Source: a bacterium
GTDB taxonomy: Bacteria > CSSED10-310
Direction: 5' to 3'
DNA: 64,000 nt
NCBI GenBank assembly: GCA_049652745.1
Contig: JBASEY010000033.1
Coordinates: 20,159 to 84,158, forward strand
The position numbers were made by a program, and so were the translations under genes. The notes under the pieces were generated by a model. That model saw only the letters and a program-made list of their open reading frames with translations, had not been told where the DNA came from and made no database searches. Positions 16,025 to 25,975 of the stretch are shown here, piece by piece. Every line of letters starts with the position of its first letter. Within the stretch, counting starts at the first letter, position 1.

Positions 16025-19000
16025 ATGACAAAAATTCGGTTGATGGTTTTCCTGATTATAACGCCGCTGGTTTCATCGATCGGCTTCGGCTCCGATTTTT
16101 CAACTCCCCGACCCACCGCTTCAATCACAAATCCATCGACGGAAAACCCGTTATCCGTCTTTTTGGAATCACTGGACAGGTTTATTCCGTTTGTTCATGA
16201 CCAATTGCACGATCTCCCTTCATCCGATGAAAAGCAACTGTTTGAAAACCTTGCATCGCTTCAAAAGCAAATCGATCGGGAAACAGCGAAACAGTCTCTG
16301 CCTTCGATAGCTGGAACTGCGCTTTTTACTGAAACCGGTGCCTGGTCGGCCTGGTCCGGCGTCATCGAGGATCTACCCGGAAACTGGATGGAATACATTG
16401 CAACCTCAGAATCCGGAGCCGGTATCGTCGTTTTATATGAAACTCCGGCAAAGGCCATCATTGTTCATCTGACCAAAGGCGACTATCGAATAGCGATGAC
16501 CCAGATAATTCTGATCGATCGATCGATTGATGGAATCCAACCGGATGGGATGATGATACAGGGTAAACATAACCATTACTTGTTCAGATATTTATCACCT
16601 TTTGACAGATTACCCGGCGTGATGCCATTGAGTTCAAATTTGAGTGAATCCATTTTACCGGATATTTTGCTTCCCATTGAAGATATCGCCGCTAAACAAT
16701 CATTTTTTGGAAATGAATGTTTGCCTGAATGGTTACGTCCATTATTCGATCCGCATTTTTTTGCTGGAAATTTTCTCGGCCTTCATTCTGCCGGCATGCT
16801 GCTTGTTGCCGGGCTGATCGCTTGGAGCTTGACCCATCGCCTTGTCACATTTCAACCCAATCGTCATCGAAAAAAACTTTTAGTGGTTTTTACGGCCTTT
16901 TCATCATTAGCAACCATCTTTTTTGTTTCTCGATTGGCACACTCACTCATCTCCGATACCTCCTTTGCATGGTGGCCGGAGTTTCCTATCGAATACAGCC
17001 TGGCTACTCTTGCACTTCCGCTTTCAGCTCTTTTATTGGCCGGAGCCTGGATGCGCTGGATTTTTTTCCTGTTATTATCGCTTATTCAGTCACGATCAAG
17101 ATCAGACTCTCCATTCAAAAAGCATCATATACCCGGTTGGTTATGCCAAATATCCGCGATTGCCTTGCTGTCTCCCTATTTAATCTCGCTAAGCGGCGCA
17201 ACGATTCGACAGAATATCTCCAGCCGCCTTCAGAACTGGATCAATGAACGCGAGCGCCTGCTGCCGCTTGCTTTGGAAAACAACCTGGACATTCTCTCAG
17301 CAGATGAAATGCTCTATCATTGGGAAGACGGCGCTCCCTTTTCGAATACGGCATTTCATCTTTGGCGCAAAAGTGACCTTCACGTGTTCGAAGCGGATTT
17401 CGCTGTTCAGATACTCGATGAAAACGGAGTCATTCTGCAACAATTTTCTCCGTTTTTCACTCCGGATACGTTACATCCTGAAATTTTAGACCAGTCATTG
17501 GCGGTTGACACAGGCCGCTTAATCATTCCGCCGCGGCTTCATCACCATTCGATACACTCGCCTTTGATAGGAATTACCGCTGTCGAAACAGACGATGACA
17601 TGTTTGTTTATCTCGTCATACAGATAGCCATGGAGCCCGGCGCAATAAAACCTCCCCCCCATCGATGGGGCGACGCTATCACTGTTCATGTTGCTCGGCG
17701 TGAAGATTCATCTGAATTGCACCGAGACATACCCGCCGTTTTACAGGCGGAATGGTTTGAACATCCGCCTTCGGAACCCAAATGGATCGATGATGAGTCC
17801 GGACGTTTTCAGGCGCTGCTTTTTAGGTTGCCTTATTCCGACCCGACGCAGCCAGAAATTCTGGTCGGCCTGCTTCCCCGCATTTCTTTCGAATCCCATC
17901 TGGCCGGCATCGCTAGGCTCGCTTTATTATCCATGTGTCTTTTGATGCCCGGTTTAGCTTATTTTGAAATCAAACATATCGTTCGTTCCCGAAAAGAAAA
18001 AACCTATGGGTCTTTCACACGCCAATTGCTGGGCGCTTTCCTGTTGCCGGTGATCGCCTTGCCATTGATTTTTGCGGTCACTCTTCATCGCGTTATCGAT
18101 GATTCTGAAACCGAATTCCAAAAGGAACAAATGGCACAAATGCTTCAACAAACCCTTATGCAATTGAAAGAGCATACCATTGAACAGGCGAAAATCCTTC
18201 GTTCGAACGTCGAACACCACTTTTTCAATGAATATGATCCGGATTTTTCTGGTGTAATGGGTGGCACTTGGTTGGTTCTGGATGAATTCGGTCGGGAGAC
18301 AATGTCCGGTGCAACTCCTTCGATTCACGATCTACCATTGGAAACGATCAGCCGGGTCTTTCAAGAAACCTATTATCGAGGTCGTGCTGCAGATGAGATT
18401 GTCTTTCAATCCAGATCTCCCGGCGAGCTTACCGCTCAGGTGATTCTGGCATTTCCCCAATTTCCCGCCATGAATTCGAACGACGAAGTTTTCCAGGGCA
18501 CTTTTGTATGTGAAATACCTATTACCGATGACGCTTGTCGCTCACTCGATGAATTTTCAGATTCACTGATTGCAATATACTCACAAGGTTCGATTTCGGC
18601 CTCAAACAGACCGGAATTGTTCCAAACCGGCTTGATATCGAACCGCCTCGATGCATCTTTGTACCGGTCACTGGTTTTTCAAAAGAGAGATACACTCTTG
18701 AAATTCGATAGAACGCATGGTCAGTATTCCGTTACCGGCGCATTTTATTCAGAATTCAGCCATGTCATTGGCGCTGCAACCATGTCTTTCACACGATTTC
18801 CTTTTACAGCTCAGCATTCGAAAGCCAATGAATGGCTTTTTCCGACGACACTATTTCTGCTCGTTTCGGGAATACTCTTTTCGCTTTATTTCGGGCGACG
18901 GATTGCTCGTCCGGTCAAAGCGCTGACAGAGAGCGCCCTGGAGGTTTCAAAAGGCAATTTCAACGTTATCGTTCCGGAACATGGCGCCGGGGAAATCCGG

Positions 19001-20134
19001 TTGTTGACCCGCACATTCAACATCATGACGCGTGATCTCGAGGTTCAGCGGATCGATCTGCAAGAGCGCTATACCTTTATCAACGCCTTGCTGGCGAGGA
19101 TGTCATCAGCTATTTTGGCTGTAGACAATACCGGTAACATTTTGACTTGGAACGAGGCTTTCCAAAATCTCTTTCCAACATCCGGCATAGATGGAGAAAA
19201 TCACAAAATTGACAGAGTTTTCATGGATATTGGGATTCCTGAACTGAAAATGATTTTCGATGGCTACGTTTCCGGATCGGTCGAAGATCGACATGTTTTT
19301 CGTTTTTTCAGGGAAGGTCGAATAGTTCATTTAGCGGTCACGTTTGCCAAATTGCAGTTCCCCGGCAGGTTGACAGGGATTTTGATCGTCATGGACGATA
19401 TCACTGATACCGTACAATCATCAAAGCTCCAGGCATACAGTGAAATGGCCAGACGCATCGCTCATGAAGTCAAAAATCCCTTGACACCCATTCAATTGTC
19501 CATCGAACATCTTCGTCAGGCATGGGAGGACGGCGCCGCCGATTTTCCGGCTATATTCAATCAATGCCTTTCAATGGTTCTGGAGGAAGTGAGAAGTCTT
19601 GAACGGATTTCGACGGAGTTCAGTCGGTTTGCACGTTTTCCCAAGCCGTCTTTTCAATTGGATGATATGCGGCATGTCATCAATGAGGTGGCGGCAATGT
19701 ATCCGGCAGCCTTGACCGGTACGACTTTTCAGGTGGATCTGCCTGATGACCCGCTTCTTTGCCGCTATGACCACGATCAGATCAAACGCGTTTTAATCAA
19801 CCTTGTCCAAAATGCACTTCAAGCAATGGACAACAAGGGTGTTCTCAAGCTGAAAGGCAGTCGCGACGGCAATTGGATCAAAATCGAGATCGTTGATACC
19901 GGACCGGGTATGGATAAAGAGACGTTGATGAACCTTTTTGAACCATATTTCAGCACGAAAAAAGAGGGGGCCGGATTAGGCCTTGTCATCACCAAAGCCG
20001 TAATCGAGGCACATGAAGGGATTATCCAGGTACAAAGCGCGCCAGGGGAAGGCACAAGTTTCATTTTTCGCTTGGCGGCCGCGGATTCAATAACTCCCAT
20101 CAGGGAAGAAAAAGGTGGGTTCAATGCAGAGTAA
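16025..20134 (+). CDS. Large multi-pass sensor histidine kinase, NtrY-like, with HAMP, PAS, HisKA and HATPase domains.
   Basis: There are three clusters of TM helices. A HAMP-like segment follows the last TM (RRIARPVKALTE). The H-box is HEVKNPLTPIQLSIEHLRQ. The ATP lid is GAGLGLVITKAVIEAHEGIIQVQSAPGEGTSF. The start is uncertain, between the GTG at 15968 and the ATG at 16025. Confidence 0.8.
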   Translation: MTKIRLMVFLIITPLVSSIGFGSDFSTPRPTASITNPSTENPLSVFLESLDRFIPFVHDQLHDLPSSDEKQLFENLASLQKQIDRETAKQSLPSIAGTALFTETGAWSAWSGVIEDLPGNWMEYIATSESGAGIVVLYETPAKAIIVHLTKGDYRIAMTQIILIDRSIDGIQPDGMMIQGKHNHYLFRYLSPFDRLPGVMPLSSNLSESILPDILLPIEDIAAKQSFFGNECLPEWLRPLFDPHFFAGNFLGLHSAGMLLVAGLIAWSLTHRLVTFQPNRHRKKLLVVFTAFSSLATIFFVSRLAHSLISDTSFAWWPEFPIEYSLATLALPLSALLLAGAWMRWIFFLLLSLIQSRSRSDSPFKKHHIPGWLCQISAIALLSPYLISLSGATIRQNISSRLQNWINERERLLPLALENNLDILSADEMLYHWEDGAPFSNTAFHLWRKSDLHVFEADFAVQILDENGVILQQFSPFFTPDTLHPEILDQSLAVDTGRLIIPPRLHHHSIHSPLIGITAVETDDDMFVYLVIQIAMEPGAIKPPPHRWGDAITVHVARREDSSELHRDIPAVLQAEWFEHPPSEPKWIDDESGRFQALLFRLPYSDPTQPEILVGLLPRISFESHLAGIARLALLSMCLLMPGLAYFEIKHIVRSRKEKTYGSFTRQLLGAFLLPVIALPLIFAVTLHRVIDDSETEFQKEQMAQMLQQTLMQLKEHTIEQAKILRSNVEHHFFNEYDPDFSGVMGGTWLVLDEFGRETMSGATPSIHDLPLETISRVFQETYYRGRAADEIVFQSRSPGELTAQVILAFPQFPAMNSNDEVFQGTFVCEIPITDDACRSLDEFSDSLIAIYSQGSISASNRPELFQTGLISNRLDASLYRSLVFQKRDTLLKFDRTHGQYSVTGAFYSEFSHVIGAATMSFTRFPFTAQHSKANEWLFPTTLFLLVSGILFSLYFGRRIARPVKALTESALEVSKGNFNVIVPEHGAGEIRLLTRTFNIMTRDLEVQRIDLQERYTFINALLARMSSAILAVDNTGNILTWNEAFQNLFPTSGIDGENHKIDRVFMDIGIPELKMIFDGYVSGSVEDRHVFRFFREGRIVHLAVTFAKLQFPGRLTGILIVMDDITDTVQSSKLQAYSEMARRIAHEVKNPLTPIQLSIEHLRQAWEDGAADFPAIFNQCLSMVLEEVRSLERISTEFSRFARFPKPSFQLDDMRHVINEVAAMYPAALTGTTFQVDLPDDPLLCRYDHDQIKRVLINLVQNALQAMDNKGVLKLKGSRDGNWIKIEIVDTGPGMDKETLMNLFEPYFSTKKEGAGLGLVITKAVIEAHEGIIQVQSAPGEGTSFIFRLAAADSITPIREEKGGFNAE

Positions 20135-21494
20135 ATTGATACTTGTAATCGACGACGAAGTGGGTATTCGGCGCAGCCTGCGAATGATTTTGGAGTATTC
20201 AGGATATGCTGTCGAAGAAGCCGCCGATGGAGAATCAGGTCTTTTTGCGGCACGAAAACATAGACCGGACTGTGTTCTATTGGATATAAAGATGCCGGGG
20301 ATGGACGGCCTGGAGGTTTTGGAGATATTGATGCAGGATTATCCGAGCCTACCGGTCATCATTTTGTCGGGCCACGGCACAATTGAAACGGCCGTCAAGG
20401 CCACTCGAACAGGCGCTTTCGATTTTCTTGAAAAACCCCCTAAAAAAGACCGTATTTTATTGGCTGTCAGAAACGCTTTGAATATAGGCAATCTGGAAGC
20501 CCGCGTCAAAGCCGCCGACGGCGATATGGCCGAAACGGTTATTGTAGGTGAGTCGAAAGCTATTCGAGCCGTCATGGAAATGGTCGAACGTGTCGCCCCG
20601 TCTCCCCTTCCAGTTCTGATCCAAGGTGAAAGCGGCACCGGGAAAGAATTGATCGCTCGGGCAATTCATGAAAAATCTCTACGACGCCAAGGGCCTTATA
20701 TCCAGGTCAATTGTGCGGCAATTCCGGAAGACCTTATCGAAAATGAGCTTTTCGGACATGAGAAAGGCGCGTTTACCGGCGCTGGAGAACGTCGAATCGG
20801 CAAATTTGAAAAGGCGCATCAAGGGACTATTTTTCTGGATGAAATCGGAGATATGTCGTTGAAAACACAGGCCAAGGTTTTGCGTGCCCTTCAAGAAGGC
20901 GAATATCAACGTGTCGGAGGCAACAGAACGCTTCATTCGGATGTTCGCGTCATCGCCGCCACCAACCAAAACTTGGAAGCGTTGATACAAGAAGGCGCGT
21001 TTCGGGAAGACCTGTTCCATCGAATAAACGGTATCCCAATCAGGGTTCCAGCTCTACGTGAACGAACGGAAGATATCCCGCTTTTAGTCAAATACTTTGC
21101 GGAACGATTTATACTGGCCAATGGAATCCGTGCGCCGGGCTATTCCAAAGACGCCGTCGAATGGCTCAAGAAACAACCCTGGAAAGGAAATATAAGAGAA
21201 TTGAAAAATTTCGTCGAGCGCCATCTTATCCTGTGTACAGAAAATCAAATCGATGCCGCCTACCTGAGTCGTTTAAATGAAAGCTCCGAGATAAATCCAG
21301 GTCCACCCGACGGATTCGCTCCCCATCGGCATGCATCTTTACAAGATTTCAAGGAAGCTGCAGAAAAAACGTTTTTGATCCAAAAACTTCAGGAACACAA
21401 TTGGAATGTCAAAGCGACAGCCGAAGCGATCGGCACACCCCGCTCGAATTTATATAAAAGAATGCAGTATTTCGGGATTGAACGATCGAGTTAA
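20124..21494 (+). CDS. Sigma-54-dependent response regulator, NtrC/NtrX-like, with REC, AAA+ and Fis-type HTH domains.
   Basis: REC segment ILVIDDEVGIR...LLDIKMPGMDG. Walker A is GESGTGKELIARAIH. ESELFGHEKGAFTGA is the GAFTGA sigma-54 contact. A C-terminal HTH is present. The gene overlaps the end of the kinase gene. Confidence 0.85.
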   Translation: MQSKLILVIDDEVGIRRSLRMILEYSGYAVEEAADGESGLFAARKHRPDCVLLDIKMPGMDGLEVLEILMQDYPSLPVIILSGHGTIETAVKATRTGAFDFLEKPPKKDRILLAVRNALNIGNLEARVKAADGDMAETVIVGESKAIRAVMEMVERVAPSPLPVLIQGESGTGKELIARAIHEKSLRRQGPYIQVNCAAIPEDLIENELFGHEKGAFTGAGERRIGKFEKAHQGTIFLDEIGDMSLKTQAKVLRALQEGEYQRVGGNRTLHSDVRVIAATNQNLEALIQEGAFREDLFHRINGIPIRVPALRERTEDIPLLVKYFAERFILANGIRAPGYSKDAVEWLKKQPWKGNIRELKNFVERHLILCTENQIDAAYLSRLNESSEINPGPPDGFAPHRHASLQDFKEAAEKTFLIQKLQEHNWNVKATAEAIGTPRSNLYKRMQYFGIERSS

Positions 21495-23017
21495 AAATCG
21501 ATAAGCGAAACACGTGTTGTAACGACTTTGTTGGGATCGATCCACTTTTCAAAATGTTTCAACCACCACAGCGTGACAGCACGCCGCAATTTCCAAGCGG
21601 TCCGCCTGATACCGACGAAATAACCCCAATAAACCAGAAAAAACAAACTCTTGCCCCATATGCTTCCCCGGTTGTCCAAAATGAAGCGGATAACCGTCCC
21701 CGGTGTCTTCGGAACCGCTCTCATCAAACGATTTAATAGGGTGGGTTGATATCGAAAAAATTCCTCGTTATACAGCTTGTCATTCCCCTCCGATACCAGG
21801 CCGTCGGCAACCGCACGTTCTTCCAGACTTGTTTTTGGATAGAAAATCAAGCTGACAATCCCGACAAAAAACGGTTTTTTTAAATAAGAAAGAACCCGAA
21901 CGGTTTCCGCCGACTCTTCCTCCGTTTCATAGGGATTGTCGGTAATCACATCGACACGAACATCGACGATTTGTTTACGATATTCATGCAAAATGGTCAT
22001 ACATTCAAAAAACTGTTTATGGCTGACCTTTCGCTGATAAACTTCTTCAGATACTCTTGGACTACCGGACTCTAAACCGACATGTACCCCGACCAGCCCG
22101 GCAGGCACAAGCCTCTCGATCCGTTCCCGCGTCACGGCCACAGGATTGGCCCAGCAATAAAACGGGAGCCCGACATGCTTTTTATAGAGTTCTGAAAACG
22201 ATGCAAACCATTCCCTGTCTCCATAAAAAAACGAATCGTCCATAAACACAAAGCCTTTTAAATCCGGGAAGCGTTTTTTGATCAGGATCATTTCGTCGAC
22301 AAAATGCTCGGGGGATCGACGTCGTAAATAGGGACCACCCGCCACGATACGCAACGCTGAATTACAGCAATAGGTGCAGTTGTGAGGGCATCCTCTGCTG
22401 GACATAACGTAATGGGTATCCATGAAGCCGGGGATATAAGAGCGCCAAATCGCTTTGGATACAGCCTGCATCCGCTTGGCGTGGAAGACGGTATGCGTAT
22501 CTGAATCATGATCCGGAAAAGGAAGATCACTTAAATTGTCTTCTCTGTCAGCAGGAGGATTTCTGATGATTTCACCCTTGGCCGTTCGAACCCAGATACC
22601 AGGAATCGACATGAACGATTCTCCCGCCGACATGGCTTTTACCAGAGCGCTCATAGGCTTTTCACCTTCGCCTATACAGACCATATCGGCATAATCAAGG
22701 CACTCTTCAGGCGCCAAAGTTGGATGGATGCCGCCCCATATAACCGGAGCTTTACAGATTTTCCGTATGGCTTCATGTATGGACACCGCCCGCCTCCAGT
22801 GGCTGCTCATCAAGCTGAATCCGATTAGATCAGGTTTTTTTTCGACAACCCATTCTGAAATGTCCATCAGTTCCCGCTCCGATTCCAACTGGTCAAATTC
22901 TTTAGGAATAAAGAGAATTTGAACGTCATATCCTTCTCTTTTCAAAACGGCGGAAATCATTCTCACCCCGAAACACACCAAAGTATTTTCAACACTGATC
23001 AACAGAATTTTCATCAA
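21491..23017 (-). CDS. Class B radical SAM enzyme with a B12-binding domain.
   Basis: The N-terminal cobalamin-binding Rossmann segment is KILLISVEN...DLIGFSLMSS. The radical-SAM cluster motif is C-PHN-C-TY-C. The gene overlaps the methyltransferase upstream by 4 nt. Confidence 0.8.
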   Translation of the reverse strand: MMKILLISVENTLVCFGVRMISAVLKREGYDVQILFIPKEFDQLESERELMDISEWVVEKKPDLIGFSLMSSHWRRAVSIHEAIRKICKAPVIWGGIHPTLAPEECLDYADMVCIGEGEKPMSALVKAMSAGESFMSIPGIWVRTAKGEIIRNPPADREDNLSDLPFPDHDSDTHTVFHAKRMQAVSKAIWRSYIPGFMDTHYVMSSRGCPHNCTYCCNSALRIVAGGPYLRRRSPEHFVDEMILIKKRFPDLKGFVFMDDSFFYGDREWFASFSELYKKHVGLPFYCWANPVAVTRERIERLVPAGLVGVHVGLESGSPRVSEEVYQRKVSHKQFFECMTILHEYRKQIVDVRVDVITDNPYETEEESAETVRVLSYLKKPFFVGIVSLIFYPKTSLEERAVADGLVSEGNDKLYNEEFFRYQPTLLNRLMRAVPKTPGTVIRFILDNRGSIWGKSLFFLVYWGYFVGIRRTAWKLRRAVTLWWLKHFEKWIDPNKVVTTRVSLIDF

Positions 23018-24015
23018 CCTTGTCTCCTAAACGGTTCGACTCGGAATCCTCCCAGCAATGCTTGTAAAATATAACATTCTGACAATCGTCTTCTTTTCTG
23101 AAACCGTTCCGTATTCACAGGAATAATCACGATGTGATCCAATGCCGCTTGTGGAAATTTCACCGCCAGTTCAGCGTCTATCCATAAAAGACAGGCTGTT
23201 GTCCTCGGAGTCAAAACACGTCTTTTCCAGGCGGCCTGATGTTCATATTTTCCCAGCAGCATATGATGGATCGCTTCTTTTGCGCTGTGTCCAAGTTCCG
23301 TTGTCGTGAGTGTAAAATCGTAATACGATCGGCGTTGAATCAGCGATGTGCAGTCAGCCCATGCCAACCTGTTCAGAAGTGAATTAACCATTCGCGTCCT
23401 GGCGCCCAGATATATACTGTTTGGACCGCCCAAAACCCGTATATCTCGATCGGTAAAAAAATGGATATGAGCGTGCGGTTCCTTGGGATCCAACGTTTCG
23501 AAATGGCGTTTTTTCGCCGCTTCATCCTGCGCCCGCGGAGTGCTCAACACAACGAATCGTCGCGCAACTCTTACCAATTCTTTGATGACGACTGCTGGAT
23601 CGATGACATGCTCCAGCACCTCTGTACACAGACAGATGTCCATTGATTGATCACGGAAAGGCAATTGGTGGGCATCGGCTGCGGCTCCAAGCCCTTTGAA
23701 CATCTCACCACTGCGAACCAATGCTCGGTCGGAAAGGTCAGTCCCGTAGACAGCGGTACCGAAGAGGTGACGAATCAAAGCCGGACCGTATCCATCGGCG
23801 CTTCCGACATCCAACAGCGTTTCAAACGGCAGGCGGTTCAAAGTCTTTAATACGGCGAACATTCTAGCATATTCTTCCAGTCTGAAAGCCGCTGCATTGA
23901 ACCCATATGCAGGCTGGTTGGGAATGTAAACGCCGTCCTGATCATACAAATCAAAACGTTTGTTCAGCCAAGCGCGCGTTTCGCGGGTATATTTTCGTGC
24001 ATTTAGTTCATTCAA
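23014..24015 (-). CDS. Class I SAM-dependent methyltransferase with a C-terminal extension.
   Basis: Motif I is LLDVGSADGYG and post-I is VYGTDLS. TTG start with an AAGAGG RBS. Confidence 0.7.
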   Translation of the reverse strand: MNELNARKYTRETRAWLNKRFDLYDQDGVYIPNQPAYGFNAAAFRLEEYARMFAVLKTLNRLPFETLLDVGSADGYGPALIRHLFGTAVYGTDLSDRALVRSGEMFKGLGAAADAHQLPFRDQSMDICLCTEVLEHVIDPAVVIKELVRVARRFVVLSTPRAQDEAAKKRHFETLDPKEPHAHIHFFTDRDIRVLGGPNSIYLGARTRMVNSLLNRLAWADCTSLIQRRSYYDFTLTTTELGHSAKEAIHHMLLGKYEHQAAWKRRVLTPRTTACLLWIDAELAVKFPQAALDHIVIIPVNTERFQKRRRLSECYILQALLGGFRVEPFRRQG

Positions 24016-24176
24016 GGATTCAGCCTCTTAACCATGATATAGCCCTTCACTTTGTTTGTCACCTGTTCCAAAAGCGAAATCGATAGTGCTTTTAGCTAAA
24101 AATCACCTTCGTTTCCATTCAAATTTGTAAATTAATTTGTTAAAATGGTTGCTTTCGAGGTTAGGAGGTAATCCCC

Positions 24177-25205
24177 GTGAACAACGATTCCAATACAGCA
24201 CATTCATTTCCACATTTTCAGTCGATTATGGACAGCATCGACAATCTGCCGGGGCATCGCATACTTGTTTTGGGGGACATCATGGTAGATGAATATATTT
24301 GGGGCGAAGTCATGCGGATCAGCCCTGAAGCTCCTGTTCCGGTGGTTCATGTTCAAAATGAGACGATGCAATTAGGCGGTGCGGCAAATGTCGTGCATAA
24401 TTTAAAATCTTTGGATGCCGAAGTCGAGTTGGTAGGTGTGATAGGGTCTGACGATCTTTCCAGAAGAGTTCTGGCGGCCTTGGATCGACTACAGATCGGC
24501 CATTCGGGAATCAGATTGATCCAGAATCGGGAGACGATCCGAAAAACCCGTATAATCGCTCACAATCAACAGGTAGTACGAGTCGACCATGAGAAAATTC
24601 TTCCTCTGGAGCCGGAAGTGGAAACATTTTTGATCGATTATTGTTTACATCGTTTGCGGGAAGTCGAGGCGGTGATCATCTCAGATTATGCAAAGGGGAC
24701 CTTGACTAAAAGACTGGTTCAATCCGTCATTCAGGCCTGTCGGAAAATGGGTAAAATTTGTGCGGTCGATCCTCGGGTAAAAAACCATGAATTTTATGTC
24801 GGTTGTTCCGTCATCACTCCCAACCATCTGGAAGCGGCTTTGATGACGGGTATTGCGATGGACTCCGACTGGGACCGAGCGCTTCAGCAGGCTGGTAAAC
24901 AGTTGTTGTCCTCACTTGCAACCGATGCCGTGCTGGTCACTTGTGGCGAAAGAGGAATGGCGATTTTTCTACCGGATGAACCTGCTCAACACATCGATAC
25001 CGTTGCGCAAAGTGTTTTCGATGTCACCGGTGCAGGCGATACGGTCATCAGCGCTTTGACCCTGGGTTTGACAGGCGGTTTGAGCTATTCTGAAGCCGCC
25101 GTTCTGGCAAACTTCGCCGCTGGTATCGTCGTTGGAAAAGTCGGGACGGCAACCGTTACTCTCAATGAAATAAAAAAAGCGGTTCGATTGTATGCACGTT
25201 GCTGA
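24177..25205 (+). CDS. hldA: D-glycero-beta-D-manno-heptose-7-phosphate kinase. This is a stand-alone HldE domain I, in the PfkB family.
   Basis: ILVLGDIMVDEYIWGEVMRISPEAPVPVV and the PfkB C-terminal motif DVTGAGDT are present. GTG start with an AGGAGG RBS. Length 342 aa, with no adenylyltransferase domain. Confidence 0.8.
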   Translation: MNNDSNTAHSFPHFQSIMDSIDNLPGHRILVLGDIMVDEYIWGEVMRISPEAPVPVVHVQNETMQLGGAANVVHNLKSLDAEVELVGVIGSDDLSRRVLAALDRLQIGHSGIRLIQNRETIRKTRIIAHNQQVVRVDHEKILPLEPEVETFLIDYCLHRLREVEAVIISDYAKGTLTKRLVQSVIQACRKMGKICAVDPRVKNHEFYVGCSVITPNHLEAALMTGIAMDSDWDRALQQAGKQLLSSLATDAVLVTCGERGMAIFLPDEPAQHIDTVAQSVFDVTGAGDTVISALTLGLTGGLSYSEAAVLANFAAGIVVGKVGTATVTLNEIKKAVRLYARC

Positions 25206-25956
25206 TTCAAAAGCCAAATCCGTCTTGGTCATTCCAGCCCGGTATGCCTCGACCCGCTTCCCAGGCAAACCATTGGCTCTTATCGACGGCATCCCGATGA
25301 TCGTACGTGTTCTGAATCAGGCAAAAAAAGTCAGGCGTGTATCCAAAATCGTTGTGGCCACCGATCATGACGATATTCGATCGACCGTGGAAAACGCCGG
25401 CGGATATGTCGTTATGACATCGTCGGATATTGCCACCGGTACTGACAGAGTGGCTGCCGCCGCTGCCGACATAGACTGTGATATCGTCGTCAATCTGCAA
25501 GGTGATGAACCATTGATAAATCCTGATCACATTACTCAAGCCATCGAAGACCTTCAATCCGACCCCGGGGCCGACATGGCGACCTTGGCTTGCCCGGTGC
25601 ATGACCCGGCGGATATTCTTAATCCCAATGTCGTCAAAGTGATCATTGACGCATCGAGTTATGCCGTCTATTTTTCCCGGGCTCCCATCCCCTATACGGC
25701 GGATGCCGTGCCGACGGACTGGAAATTTTATCTCAGACACATCGGGCTTTACGTATTCAAACGGTCTTACTTGTATAAATTTGTCTCTTTAGAACAGGCC
25801 TGGAGCGAAAAAGTAGAAAAACTCGAGCAGCTCCGTGCTCTGCATCATGGCGGAATTATTCGCGTATCCTTGGTCGATTCGATGAGTCCAGGGGTGGATA
25901 AACCCGAAGACATTGCTATAATAGAACAATTACTGCGTAAACAAAGTGAACGCTAA
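25192..25956 (+). CDS. kdsB: 3-deoxy-manno-octulosonate cytidylyltransferase (CMP-Kdo synthetase).
   Basis: [27 protein letters not shown] and [11 protein letters not shown]. Confidence 0.9.
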   Translation: MHVADSKAKSVLVIPARYASTRFPGKPLALIDGIPMIVRVLNQAKKVRRVSKIVVATDHDDIRSTVENAGGYVVMTSSDIATGTDRVAAAAADIDCDIVVNLQGDEPLINPDHITQAIEDLQSDPGADMATLACPVHDPADILNPNVVKVIIDASSYAVYFSRAPIPYTADAVPTDWKFYLRHIGLYVFKRSYLYKFVSLEQAWSEKVEKLEQLRALHHGGIIRVSLVDSMSPGVDKPEDIAIIEQLLRKQSER

Positions 25957-25975
25957 ATGCCAGGAGTATTATGGA

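Noticed and set aside
16729-19330. Internal ORFs within the sensor kinase gene (for example 16729-17247 +, 17954-18328 -).
   Set aside because: They are alternate frames of a 1370-aa CDS with a coherent domain order.
24016-24176. A possible cobalamin riboswitch upstream of the B12-rSAM/methyltransferase operon.
   Set aside because: The region is only 160 nt long and no B12-box-like element is visible. A GTG start with RBS for hldA explains the plus-strand sequence.
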